A stretch of 63,056 bases of DNA, filler included, from Octopus bimaculoides (lineage: Eukaryota), in assembly GCF_001194135.2 (NCBI RefSeq). It is 5 parts of 5 records of this genome, joined end to end, with 100 filler letters (N's around TTAATTAATTAA, not from the genome) between each part and the next. Parts side by side here need not be neighbours in the genome. Positions count along the whole stretch, not along the records: positions 28,206 to 57,284 come from NC_068984.1; 4 more parts are not named here. The stretch is one strand, 5' to 3'. Shown piece after piece: positions 35,837 to 49,259 of this stretch. Position 1 is the first letter of the stretch, and every line of letters begins with the position of its first letter. A program made the translations under genes and the position numbers. A model generated the notes under the pieces. It worked only from the letters and a program-made list of their open reading frames with translations, searched no databases and was not told the origin of the DNA.

Positions 35837-36243
35837 AAGAAAGAAAGATTTAATAAGGTGTAGCTATATATGTCTTTTTCCTTTTTTCTTTGTTTTTTAC
35901 CTTTCCCTGCAGACATTTAACAAATTAAGTTATCAGCAAAAATTTGCGAACAAGTGTCTACTAAATTTCTGTATTAACTTCAAGCTGTTATAGACAGAAG
36001 GAGCTGAAGGTGCTGTAACTGCTGTCATCATCATCAGCAGCAGCAGCAGGAGCAGCAGCTCCACCACCATCACTACATTTCCACCATCATTAGTACTATT
36101 GCAAATATTTTTTTAAAGTATGTTTAAATATCATTTGTTTATAATTTTTCCTGTTATTGATTTGATTATTGAAACATGAAACTCCTCTGATGTCTAGCCT
36201 GTTGCTATTTAAACAAAAATAAAAATATAAAAATATTAATAAA

Positions 36244-36284
<41 letters not shown>

Positions 36285-36314
36285 CATAATGATAATAATA
36301 ATAGTAATAATAAT

Positions 36315-36520
36315 AACCCTTTCTACTATAGGCACAAGGTCTGAAATTTTGGGGTAGAGAGCTAGTTGATTACATTGGCCCCAGTGTGTAACTGGTACTT
36401 ATTTTATCAACCCTTAAAGGATGATCAGGACAGAATTTGAACCCAGAATGTAAAGATGGACGAAATTCCGCTTGGCATCTTGCCCAGTGTACTAGCAATT
36501 CTGACAGCTTGCTGCCTTAA
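36315..36520 (-). mobile_element. SINE family C (degenerate); another copy at 36965-37165
   Basis: CCTTTCTACTATAGGCACAAGG..TAACTGGTACTTATTTTATC..GAATTTGAAC. Confidence 0.7.
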
Positions 36521-36531
36521 TAATGATGATG

Positions 36532-36611
<80 letters not shown>

Positions 36612-36613
<2 letters not shown>

Positions 36614-36950
36614 TGATGTGCCCGTGGAATGTGTAAGGACTTTCGAGCGAGATCGTTGCCAGTGCCCCTGGACTGGCTCTTGTGCGGGTGGCACGTAAAA
36701 TACACCATTTTGAGCGTGGCCGTTGCCAGTACTGCCTGACTAGCCTTCGTGCTGGTGGCAAGTAAAAGCACCCACTACACTCTCGGAGTGGTTGGCGTTA
36801 GGAAGGGCATCCAGCTGTAGAAACTCTGCCAAATCAGATTGGAGCCTGGTGTAGCCATCTGGTTTCACCAGTCCACAGTCAAATCGTCCAACCTATGCTA
36901 GCATGGAAAGCGGACGTTAAACGATGATGATGATGATGATGATGATGATG
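36612..36950 (+). mobile_element. RTE 3' UTR (family A), near-consensus
   Basis: Two internal units plus the full tail and (GAT)n. Confidence 0.85.
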
Positions 36951-37588
36951 ATAATAATAATAATAATACATGTTTCTAATATAGGTACAAAGCCTGAAAT
37001 TTGGTGGGAGAGAGTAGTCAATTACACTGACTCCAGTATTTGACTGGTACTTTATTTTATTGACCCCGAAAGAATGATATGTCAAGTTGACCTTGGCAGC
37101 ATTTGAACATTAACTCAAACCGTAAAGAGCTATAGGAAATGCCGTGAAGCATTTTGTCTGTTGTACAACTGACACTCTGTTGGTTATGGCAACAAGCGTC
37201 CAGTTGATCTGATCAATCGAACAGCCTGCTCATGAAATTAATGTACAAGTGGTTGAGCACTCCACAGACATGTGTACCTTTAATGTAGTTCTCTGGAAGA
37301 TTCAGTGCAACAATCTGAATGTGACATGGCTGGTCTTTTGAGTTACAGGTACAGTTCATTTTTGCCTGATGAGTGGATTGGAGAAACATGAAATAAAGTA
37401 TCTTGCTTAAGGACAAAATGCACCATTGGCTATCAAACTCACAACCTTACAATTGTGAGTTGACAACCCAAACCACTAAGCCATGTGCTTTCACTCTGTT
37501 GTGCAAATGGTTCTGTTAGCTTGCCAACTTAATAATACTAATTACAATAGTAATAATAAACAACAACAGCAACACTATGATAATAATG

Positions 37589-37634
<46 letters not shown>

Positions 37635-37635
<1 letters not shown>

Positions 37636-37855
37636 TTCTTTATTGCCCAGAAGGGGCTAAACATAGAGGGGACAAACAAGGACAGACAAACGGATTAAGT
37701 CGATTACATCGACCCCAGTGCGTAACTGGTACTTATTTAATCGACCCTGAAAGGCAAAGTCGACCTCAGCGGAATTTGAACTCAGAACGTAACGGCAGAC
37801 GAAATACCGCTAAGCATTTTGCCCGGCGTGCTAACGTTTCTGCCATCTCACCGCC
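37635..37855 (-). mobile_element. Best-preserved SINE family C copy
   Basis: Minus strand: GGCGGTGAGATGGCAGAAACGTTAGC (A-box-like)..GAGTTCAAATTCC (B-box)..tail TTTGTCCCCTCTATGTTTAGCCCCTTCTGGGCAATAAAGAAA followed by (TTA)n. Confidence 0.9.
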
Positions 37856-38034
37856 TTGCTAATGTTTCTGCTAGTAATAATAATAATAATGCCCTTATGC
37901 AGTACCAGGCAGTGGCTCTCATGGCTTCTAATATTAACTGATTGGAAGTATACGGACTAGAAGTTGGAGCAGTCCTACAGCTCACTGGATCCTGTCAAAT
38001 CATCCAACCTATGCTAGACCTTAAAGATGAGTAT

Positions 38035-38068
<34 letters not shown>

Positions 38069-38518
38069 GATATAGAAGACACTTACACATGGTGTCATGT
38101 GGTGGGACTGAAACCACATGGCTGGGAAGCAAAGTCCTTAACCACCCACTCATATATCTATTTTCTCTTTTTATTCCAATACTAGCACGTACACACACAC
38201 ACACACATAAATACACACAAACACACACAGATAAACCCTATGCTATTTTATATTTGTTTCTCTTACTTTCTCAATTTTTTCTTGATGTCACTTAAAAGCA
38301 AGTAAAAAATGGAGTTGTTTAACAAATCTAATAAAGTTTTTGACTCGGAAATATACGAAAATTCTCTCTGAAGGAAGAATAAAAATAAAAAATTTTTAAA
38401 AAAACACAGAAAGTGTGTGAAAAAAAACATAGCAATAAATATCAACAACCTAAATACAAAATAATAGATTTAATTTCTTAGAACACCTACTTACATACAT
38501 ACTTTTGTGCAATACACA

Positions 38519-38549
<31 letters not shown>

Positions 38550-38556
38550 GTCTGTG

Positions 38557-38608
<52 letters not shown>

Positions 38609-38655
38609 AAAAGAGATGGACAGATAGGTAGATATATACCACACACATATGCATG

Positions 38656-38698
<43 letters not shown>

Positions 38699-38981
38699 GC
38701 ACACGCACACACATATATGTGCGCGTGTGTGTGTGTAATATAAATGTATATTTCAAAATATTGGTGAATGGCATGTGTGACAATTAACAGAATGAATATA
38801 AAACAGACAGGTAAACCTATTTCGTAAGTTAAATTTTAATCTGGTGTCAATGTATTTTGATATTGCATTGATCCTGGATAAAATGGCTATTGAACTGAAT
38901 TTATTTTCTGTCTTTCTGTCTTTTCTGTTAAATTTCATACATGTCCTTTGAAAAGAAAGCAATCCAGTTAATCCATTATAG

Positions 38982-39054
38982 CTAGGGTAAAATTTTCAGG
39001 AACACATCTAGATGCAATTTCAGTATCTGGATGTGTTCCTGAATCTTGTTCTGG
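38982..39054 (+). other. Pri-miRNA-shaped hairpin
   Basis: 21-bp upper stem 38995-39015/39023-39043 with two G:U pairs, 7-nt loop, lower stem 38982-38990/39046-39054. Confidence 0.35.
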
Positions 39055-39891
39055 ATCCTACACGATGTAGAATCTTGTGGATTCTAGATCTTGTTCACTT
39101 TATCTCAGATAGGATAGGGAGGCTGTGAAAGATGTATGTTAGTTTTTCTATTACATAGAACAAGAGTACCTCTAAAGATAGTCAACATCATTGTCATTAT
39201 CATTTCATATCTTTTTCCTATGCTGGCAATATCTGAACTGATTTTCCTTAGTATAGCAACTTGCACTTATTACCATCTCTTGTCATTGCTTATGTGTAGT
39301 TTGTTCTTACATCAGCCTACATTCTCCCTGATCCTTCAACATCCAACATTCATCTTCACGCACACATGTGCATCTGCGCGCGCACACCCCCACACACACA
39401 CCTTTTCTAATAATCTCTTGTGCTGTCGTTTTCATGGTTCATTCTTCATTGTCACCAATTGCCAAGTGCACCAATTCCATTCAGCACATACTTCTCATTA
39501 CTTCTCATCAATAACATCTGTTATTTTAATACACAGATGTTTTGAAATAAGGAATGTTTCCTATATGTCTTTGTCTTAAAGTAGATTATTTTCAAATTTC
39601 TTACTATCTGTTTCTCTTCCATTTAAATAAACATGACATTTTGTTTTGCGTCTTGCCTCTAGATAATATTTTTTACTGTCTCCTTCCTTCCAATTCTTTC
39701 AAGTCTATCTTTAATTATTTAATCTACTAAACTATTCCACTGTCTTGTTTGTTCACTGCCTGAATGAGNNNNNNNNNNNNNNNNNNNNNNNNNNNNNNNN
39801 NNNNNNNNNNNNNNNNNNNNNNNNNNNNNNNNNNNNNNNNNNNNNNNNNNNNNNNNNNNNNNNNNNNNNNNNATATATATGTGTGTGTGTG

Positions 39892-39942
<51 letters not shown>

Positions 39943-40379
39943 AGTAGTTGTGTCTAGGAAATACTCTTCTATAAGCTAAGCTACTGAAGTTTGTTTTATG
40001 TCAACAGCAGGATCATATACAAGCATTCCAAAAACCCTACAACATTTTCTTATTTTCAAACTGACCCTCTACCTTTTATATGAATGCTATTTGAATTTTT
40101 AATAATAGAAGGTACATTTTGGCAGAAGAATACCAACCAGAGGTAGGGAAGTCATGCACCTCAGTTTAACATCACTGCCTGTCTGATGTACAATTTTTGT
40201 AGCTTCTGTTGCAAGCCTTAGGACCAGGCTCTTGAAAAGATCTTACTGTAAACTTCTGGGCAACTCACCCTCCTCTTCTCCAATCTCTGATACAATCTAG
40301 ATGCCATACATTACTTCTTACAAATTGATAGAATCCTGTTGAAATTTTTTAAACTCAAAACCTCAGTCTAGCAATGATT

Positions 40380-40650
40380 CTGTTACAGAACAGAAATGAA
40401 TGCTTTTATGTTACTGCTACTAGAGTGTCTTTTATTTCTTGAAACTGATTGGTATTATGTGAACTCTACTTAACTAGTTTTTCCTCCACTCATCACTCAT
40501 ACTGTGCTGCATTGTACTAACCCCTTCACCCTATCCTTTTCCAATACATCAACTCATTGAAATTCCTTCCATGCACATATTTTTCTACAGCCATTGACTT
40601 GAACGACTATTCAAGAGGAGCATTAATCCTGTGAATCTCAGTGTTCTGGA
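40380..40650 (+). mobile_element. Highly decayed CR1/Jockey-group LINE 3' end
   Basis: HTVLHCTNPFTLSFSNTSTH*NSFHAHIF resembles the ..SFF.RT..LWNSLP..IF terminus; it may extend left to about 40230. Confidence 0.45.
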
Positions 40651-40690
40651 AGAGCCTATGTCCCCTTAATGTAGAGACCAAACTCATTAA

Positions 40691-40911
40691 CCCTTTAGCA
40701 TTTAAACCATCCTTATCCAGTCAAAATACTCTGCTCATTTCATGTTCAAACTAACCAAATCCAGCCTCTCACACCTACTCTACAATATCAGTCTAGAAAT
40801 AAACAATCACATCATTGAAATCTCAAAAGCTATGAGACAATTCATGATAAATTCAAAACAATGCGAATAAATACGTATTATATATGATAGAGATGTCTGA
40901 ATGCTAAAGGG
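40691..40911. mobile_element. piggyBac-type MITE (221 bp)
   Basis: Perfect 12-bp TIR CCCTTTAGCATT/AATGCTAAAGGG with TTAA on both sides. Confidence 0.9.
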
Positions 40912-42715
40912 TTAAAAGAAAAAAGATATGAGGGGAAGTGAAGACAGAGCTGAAGATATCAGTCATATATAAGGAAAAGAAGAATGTAATCACAGCAGTG
41001 ACAATGAGGAATGATAATGATGATGCCTCTGTGTTTAAGGGCATAAACAGATGGGGCTCTATAATAAAGAAACTAAAACTTTGGCTGAACAGAAGGAAGC
41101 AGTTGGTTAATGTTTATTTTTGTGTGCTTATTGCTAATTAAATACAAAGCCTATGTTTTATAATTAATTTTAAAACTAATAATATCAGAAGCACTTGCTA
41201 AAATATATGTTCTTTCTCTCATTTGAATGTGCATAGCTCAGTAGTTAGAATGTTGGCTCACAATCATGAGGTACTGAGTTCAATTTCTGAACTGAGTTCT
41301 GTGTTGTGTTCTTGGGCAAGACACTTTATTTCACATTACTCCAGTTCACTCAGCTGTAGAAATGAGTTGCAGCATAACTGGTGCCAAGCCTGTGCCTTTC
41401 CCTTGGATAACATCAGTGGTGTAAAGAGGGAGGCTGGTATACATGGGCGACTGCTGATCTTTCATAAACGACCTTGCTCTGACTAGTACTTCAGAGGGGT
41501 CTTTACTTTTGCTTTTACCCTTCCCTCATTTTGTTAGTGTTTGGGACATAGCTTGACACAAGGGCCTTGTATAAAAATTGTATTTTCAATAAAAAAACAT
41601 TTAAAGACAAGAGGTTCTGTATTATAAAACTTGAGGTGGTTTCAGGTGGGTTAGTGTCAAAAGCATTAAGGCCTTCTTGCATTTGTTAACTTTAACCTGA
41701 ATCCTTTTACTATTATGATTCATAATATGAAGAGCTGTCAATGGATCAGTCCTTTCTCTATTGGGATAGACTGTACAGGTTTCCTTTATAACTCTATAAA
41801 TTTAAATTCATTTTTTAATCAGCTGAATCTAGATGTGATTATTAATCCCATCTGGGAAGAAGCAAATGAATGTGCAGAGCGAGAAAGACCTGGATGATGT
41901 TGTGAGAGACAGAAATAAATGGAGGGAGAACAAGCCATGATTCTTCAAAGGCATGAATATGCCATGACATGAGAGAGAGAAAGAGAGAGGTCTTGTTATG
42001 GCTCCCACCTGCCTCTTTTGCTGCTGCCCACATACTTGTGGCCATCCCACCATGTGCTCATCAGGGGCTGGTTACCCCCACCCCATCTTTACTGGACCTC
42101 GGACCTCCTGCATAGGAGGACAAAGGAGTTAGGTAATAACTCACTTCTTCTTTTTCCTTAATCTTAGAAGCATTGACTGGGTTACAGCTGCTGCTTTTCC
42201 TCTTCTGACTAAACTATGATAAAGAAATTTAGTATGGAGTTTGAATTCTTCAGCAGTGTTTTATTTACATCATTAAAACCTATGAGAAAGGCATGAATGT
42301 AACACTGACTCTCCACCTTTGCTCTAAAAATTTTCAAGCACAAGTTTGTTTACACAAGATGCCATATTTAGCAAATTTCATTAATTTTCTTTGTTTTACT
42401 GATTTTATTTATTATATTTACTTTTCTCTCTTATTTTTCTATATTTATTTTTAAATATTTGCTTTCTTGGCTTTCTAGTTTGTGTACATTTTTTTGTTTG
42501 TTTGTTCATTTCTTTTCACTTTTGATCATGAATAAAGAATTTCAAACAGTAAACGAAAAGAAAAAAAAAAGAATACATAATATAAACATGTCTTGTCATG
42601 TTGAATTTGAATTTAATATTCTGACAAAACCATATTATGTAACCTTCTTGATAGGAAAATCTTGTAATGTACTTGTATGTTTGTTTAAATGTATGTTAGC
42701 TTGTGTGTATGTATA

Positions 42716-42799
<84 letters not shown>

Positions 42800-43946
42800 G
42801 AGAGTAAACGAGTTTACCTTTTTTTTATTTCTGTTATTCAATAGAATACCATATTCTCATTAGCTTCAAGACTTCAGCATGTCTTAAAAATTGTTGTTTA
42901 TGTAAATATATTTCAGCTGCAAGTTAGATTCTTGGTACTTAGATGAAAAAAAAAACAAAAAAACTTGCTCTTTGTTTATTCTTTATTACTATTGATGTAT
43001 TACTTTCAGTTAGTTTTCAGAAAAACCATTTCTGAACAGAATTAGTGAACTTAATGTCACTTTTTCCTTTTACATTTTTTTGTTTCTTTGCTTATCTTTT
43101 GCATTTCTTTTATCTTTTAATTAAGAGGTAGACTATTTATGTAGTAACCACTTTAGGGTAGTTATTGATGGTATCAGTCATTACTTGAATGTTTGCCAAC
43201 CTTGTTTGACATAAATATCCAGCCCTGCTCAGCTGACACCGACAGATAGTACCCAGTAGTGGCTGCTGTTTAAGCTTATAGATCCCCACTTAAAAAGAAC
43301 AGATGTCTGTTCTTCATTCTTAGCTGTGTTTTGTACCACTGGCCAGTCAGGATTTGAACCCAATAGTAGCATTGAATTGACCTCTCCGGACACAAACTTA
43401 GGTTAGGCACATGGAAATCTTGGAAAGCTCAGATGTGAAAATCCTTCTCCAAGCCTTGCTAGCCTGGCCCAGAGCTGTACATTTGGTACCAGTTTGCCTA
43501 CAGGTGTTGCTGGATGTCTGCTAAGTCAAACACCTGACCACCTTAGAGTTTCTACTTTACATTTATTTTTTAGCCAGTGGACTCAAGAAGCCAAACTCAT
43601 TGCCAAATACACTGCTCTGGGCCAGACCAGCAGAGCCAAAAGGGAGATTTTGACATCTGGACATTCTAGGATTTTCATGTACCTACCCTGAGTTTGTGCT
43701 CTAGAAAGGTTAGTTCAGTGCTACTATGAAAGCAACAGTAACAGCATGAATAGATGAGTGACTCTACTGATGTGTTCACCTTGCAAAACTACAGTGTCCC
43801 TTGAGACAGCTGGGTGCCTAAGAGTCAAGAATAGCAGACCATTGAACTAAAGAGTATGTATCAGACTTGGGTCAACTTTCCCTTTCATCTGTCTTGTTCT
43901 GACAAGTACCAGTAATATAACACCATATACATATGAATATGACACC

Positions 43947-43984
<38 letters not shown>

Positions 43985-45378
43985 CAATGTTAAATCTCTG
44001 AACGAGGTATTAACAGTAACTGCACGATAAAGTGAAGTATATTTGCCATTTAAATGTNNNNNNNNNNTTAACAGTAACTGCACGATAAAGTGAAGTATAT
44101 TTGCCATTTAAATGTGGCTGACCCCTAAGGGTGGATGTTACTGTTGCTTTTAGCCCCAGGAGAACATCTCCTCCAGCTCGCTTATCGACACACATCTGTG
44201 TCCTATATATATAATTAAAATTAATGAAAGGACATACTAAGTATGTCTACCTGCTTGAAATAACAGTCAAAACTCGTTATTAAATCACCAAAAATTACAC
44301 TGGTGATAACTACAGAAATCAAACGAAGGCAAATTTGGCTAAGACAATCTACTTACATACATTTAAGTATTTAGATTCACATGGAATAGTTTCTGCATTG
44401 GCACAATATGCCTTAGCTTCTTCAGCATGCATTACCAGGATAAGCGATTCCCAACTTATCCTTCCAAATTCTGTGCTGCTACTGATTCGTTCGTGCCAAA
44501 ATCACAGCAGATTCCTTGTGTAAAATAATCTCGTTACAGAATTATGAGAAAAATAATTTATTGAAATTAATTTACAAAGGTACCGTTAATTCTATTATTA
44601 TCCAATGTCACTAATTTAAGAATGATAATAACAGAATCAACTATGCAGGCAACTGCAGGCCAAAAAATAGCATTTAAATAGCCGCACCTGTATCATTCAT
44701 TCTGTTATTATCATTCTGAAATATTCATTCTTAAATATTCAGAGACAAATAGACAGAAACAAAGACAAACTGAGTAAGTGGAAATGTATAAGATGCACAA
44801 GCATCATATAATTTAAACTGTAAACCTGACTCAGGGCTGGTTCTAGACAGCATAGGTATAAATAAAAATAAAACACAAGTCAGCTCTATGTTTCAAATCG
44901 GATTTGATACTTACATATCTACAGTATCCTACTAATGCCTGATACATATATTATATACATGGATATTACACAAAATGCACATGTATATAACACTCTATAC
45001 TCATGAATATGACACTATATACATATCTATTCAGTATTTTAATTTCACTCTCCTTCCTAACTGGCACAGTCTGTCCAGACTGCCACTAAAAGTGCATCGG
45101 TTAACATTAGAATGAACACTGAGATAATAAATACCAGCCAGAGCAATTCAAAGAATACGTCTGAACTATTAAATCAGCAGAAATTCTAAATTTCACTATG
45201 ACTACAAAAATAATGATTATAACACTGTTATATTGAAGAATCTGTGCTGTGGCAGACACTCTAGATAGATATCTGAGCAAGTCTTTTAATGGCTTGCTTC
45301 CGCCTGTGCATCTTGTGCATTTCCACTTACGCAGTTTCTCTTTATTTCTGTCTATCTGTCTCAAAATGTTTGTAATAA

Positions 45379-45434
<56 letters not shown>

Positions 45435-45557
45435 AATAATTATATGTCATTTATTATACACAGGATTTAAATGTGAGGTACCCACATATCTATATGCATG
45501 CACACATACATAGGCACACACCCAAACACACACTCACACACACATATATATATATAC

Positions 45558-45589
<32 letters not shown>

Positions 45590-45635
45590 ATACACACAAA
45601 TACATAGATATATATACATACATGTACATATATAA

Positions 45636-45673
<38 letters not shown>

Positions 45674-47109
45674 AGAGAGAAAGAGAGAGAGAGATGTACA
45701 TATGTCTCTATACATGTCTATATATAATGGGTGTGTGTGTGTGTGTGTGTGCATGTGTATTTTAGTGTCTGTATCTATGTGCGTGCATGTATAATGTACT
45801 CTGCATAGCATTAAAGAATGAATTCAGCCATAATAATCTTTGCTGCAATTTACAAATGCTCCGGTAGACATACAAACCATTCGGTCTGATGTAATCAAGG
45901 AAAAAGCAGATATTAGATGAAACGATAGTAATAATGTTGATGTTGGGAAGGGAATAATTATGATGGTTATGGTGGAGATGACGGCGATGGTGGTGGTGAG
46001 AGCTGGAGCAATGGAATAAGTACAATGAAATTTGCGATGGTTATGACGGTGGTGGTGGTGGTCACAAAAGAGATGATGAGGTTTTGGTCAGTGATGGTGG
46101 TGGCAGCTATGATGCTTATGATGATGGTAATGTTGTGATTGATGGTGGTGGTGGTGATGGTGGGGATGATGATGTAACTCATAGGGATGATAGTGGTGGT
46201 GATGGTAATAACAATGATAATAGTGGTTTTAGTGGTGGTAACACTGACAAGTGCTATGGTCATGATGGCGGTGCTGTGGTGGTGGTGGTGGTGGTGGTGG
46301 TGGTGGTGGTGGTGACGGTAATATTAGTGGTGATGGTGTTATTAGTGGTGGTGGTGGTGGAGGCAATGTTGATGATGGTAGTGGTGGTGGTGGGTATGGT
46401 AGTAGTGGCAACAGAGTCAAATAATAATGGTGAGAATGGTTTGAGTGGAACTGGTGATGGCGGTGACAATGACGATACTGATGGTGATGCTTATGGTGTT
46501 GATTATGATCCTGACAACAATGACAAAAACAATGACAAATGAACAGACTGACTTATTCTAAACCAATTCCTACATGAGAAATGTTGTTAACATCTGTAAA
46601 TGGAAACAAAGCACCATAACATTCACCCCAACCTCCTACCATGTGCTCCCCCATTAACCTTCGTTTTGTTTTGTTTTGTTTTTCTTTTTTTATTTATTTG
46701 CTTCATCATCTTTATATTTACTAATATTAAGAGGAAAATTTGATTTGTAATTTTTCTTCTTTGATTTAAGATGTTTTCATTACAGCTGTATGTAAAAATC
46801 ATAAGGAACACAAAGCCATAACAATAACAGAAAAGTTTAAAATGCAGCAGAGGATTAATAATATTTTTATTTTTTATTTTTAATAAATACAAAATTTAAA
46901 TGAAGCAATTAATCAAATGTTCTTGTATCATTTTCAAGATAATGGTTAAATTCAATTATGTTGCTGAAATTTAATTACATGATATATTAAACGCTTATCT
47001 TTGTATTTTTATTGTGATTGTTATTTCATTGCATCCTTAGTCCACATGTGCCCACCCCCACCAACTACAACAGAACTGATATTTAGCATAAAGATTGATA
47101 AAGACTTAC

Positions 47110-47182
47110 TATCAGGATAGGACGTTACTCCACCATGTTCAGCAAATGGTTCTGATACCTGTTTTAAAAGATCTGGGAGAAC
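47110..47182 (-). CDS. Candidate internal coding exon of an unidentified host gene (VLPDLLKQVSEPFAEHGGVTSYPD)
   Basis: Acceptor TATTTTATCTACATCACTTCAG, donor A|GTAAGT, 73 nt, only one open frame, no repeat recognised; no homologue recognised. Confidence 0.45.
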
Positions 47183-47564
47183 CTGAAGTGATGTAGATAA
47201 AATATAGCATTTTGATAAGCATGTGAGGGAACCCCTGTAACTGTCATATCCAACCTGTGGCCTGTAGGACCCTCTGAATGGTATGCCTAATGAAAAATTA
47301 CCTTGAAGGTTTTTTTTTAGTTGAACAGTGGCTCATGTTTCATATGGTCCACTTCTTGACAATGGCTGCCCGTCGCTGCTCTATGCAGTTGTTTAATTTA
47401 CTAGTAATAGTAGCAGTGAAGTGTCCTTCCCTTACATCACACACTATCATCTAAAAATAAAGCAGATAAAAAAAGATAAATAAGTAAAGTCACAACCAGT
47501 AATACAGTTTTAGATACACCATCTGCCACTTCCATCAAATGCAGTTAGTCATAATTCGTAGTCA

Positions 47565-47955
47565 TTGATGCTAGTCATAGTTACTAGTCAAAGCTGGTAG
47601 TCATAGTTGCTAGCCATAGTTGCTAGTCGTTGTTGGTTATCATAGTTGATAATCATAGTTGATAGTCATAGTTTGTAGTTATAGTTGGTAGTGATAGTTG
47701 GTAGCCATAGTTACTAGCTATAGTTGCTAGCCATAGTTGCTAGCCATAGTTGCTAGCCATAGTTGGTAGTCGTAGTTGATAATCATAGTTACTAGCCATA
47801 GTTGCTAGCCATAGTTGATAGTCATAGTTGCTAGCCATAGTTGCTAGCCATAGTTGATAGTCATAGTTGCTAGCCATAACTGATAATAATAGTTGGTAGT
47901 CATAGTTGGTAGTCATAGCTGGTAGTCATAGTCGGTAGTCATAGTCTTTGGTCAT
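47565..47955. repeat. 13-bp minisatellite (TAGTTGCTAGCCA / TAGTTGGTAGTCA)
   Basis: Roughly 29-30 variant copies read directly. Confidence 0.9.
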
Positions 47956-49160
47956 AGGTCTCATTCATTTAGAGCAACTCAGGGCTAAACAATAATAACT
48001 AGCAGTCTATTTAGAAACACCTTGATATTCCAATACTGTATTTGAACTCATAAACTATATGTAAAGAATTTAGTGTTTGATTCACTTTGTCTCTTTACTT
48101 CTACATATGAAACATGTTGGCACAGCCATTTTGGCATTGCTGATTTCATGCAGACTTATTTGACATCAGATATTTTAATGTTCTACTTGTTTTAATGTTT
48201 CCCTCATTCTCTGCCCTCCCACATTCCTGCCCCCTCTCTCTCTATGTACATTTCTGCAAACATGAGCATCAAAAAATACTGTAGCCCAAACAACCTCTAT
48301 ATCCAGCCAGCCATGCCAAACCAACAGCATTGTACTAGTGACATCCAATCCTGTCATTCCATAAATTGAATGAGATAATTTCTTCTTACCAGTTACTTTG
48401 CATCTTCGTTATTGTTGTTGTTATAGTTGTTATTCTTGTTTAACCCCAGGCTGGCTCTGATTGAGTAAACTTATCATCAAATACCTCCCTCTGTCTTGTT
48501 TTCCAAGTTGCTGTATCATTCAAAATGGCATATAATACATCCTTCTTTGTGTTTTTCTCTTTAAACTATTGTCCTTTTAAGAGTTTCTAGAAACAAATTA
48601 TCCAGTGCATCCTTCTATTTTTTTAAGATGGCAGGGTGTAATTTAAGGGGGATTTGGCTGCTATTTCTTGTATTTTGTTTTTGTTGCCACTGAGATTCGT
48701 GGATGGAAGGAAGGTAATTACCTTCAGATCCATCTCAAATGTCTGCAACAGCATGAATTGCTAAAGGTGTTCAAGAAATAGGTGGAGGGATTAAACTGGG
48801 TGGCATACAAAGTTTAAGACCAAGAATGGATCTTCTGACAAGTCTCTGTACAGTTCCACCTACCAAATTCCATTCACAAGACTTTGGTCAACACAGTTGA
48901 AAGCATCACCTTAAGAGCTGCACATTGAAATTGTTTACAGTAATTCATATAAAAGATTCTGTTATTATAGAAAACATTGTAAAATTCTGAATTTATTTTA
49001 TGATGTGAAGGCTGAAAGCATGTGGGCTAGGAGTTAGGATGTTAAGCTTGCAATCATAAAATCATGGGTTCAGTTCCTTGATCTGGAAATGCGTTGTAAC
49101 CTTGAGCAAGGTACTTCATTTCACTTTGTTTTAGTCTCTTCTGCTGAAAACAAATACCAC

Positions 49161-49259
49161 CCCCTGTACTGGTGCTGCTATGCCTTTTTCCAGCTTTACA
49201 TTCTTCATGTTTTTTTCTGGATCAAGGGTTGGGAAGGCCAAGGGGATGTTATTGTAATC
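49161..49259 (-). CDS. Candidate 99-nt coding exon (DYNNIPLAFPTLDPEKNMKNVKLEKGIAAPVQG)
   Basis: Only one open frame; phase 0 at both ends, compatible with the 47110-47182 exon. The acceptor ends in an A-run and the donor GTGGTA is weak and lies at a SINE edge. Confidence 0.3.

Noticed and set aside
40269-40335. 67-nt minus-strand exon with good splice sites
   Set aside because: Not listed as a CDS because the plus strand may be the continuation of the CR1-like remnant; kept only as part of a hypothesis.
46084-46542. 152-aa Gly/Asp/Val-rich ORF and the many (YI)n, (HT)n, (CV)n and X-filled ORFs
   Set aside because: These are translations of degenerate trinucleotide or dinucleotide repeats, or of N gaps.
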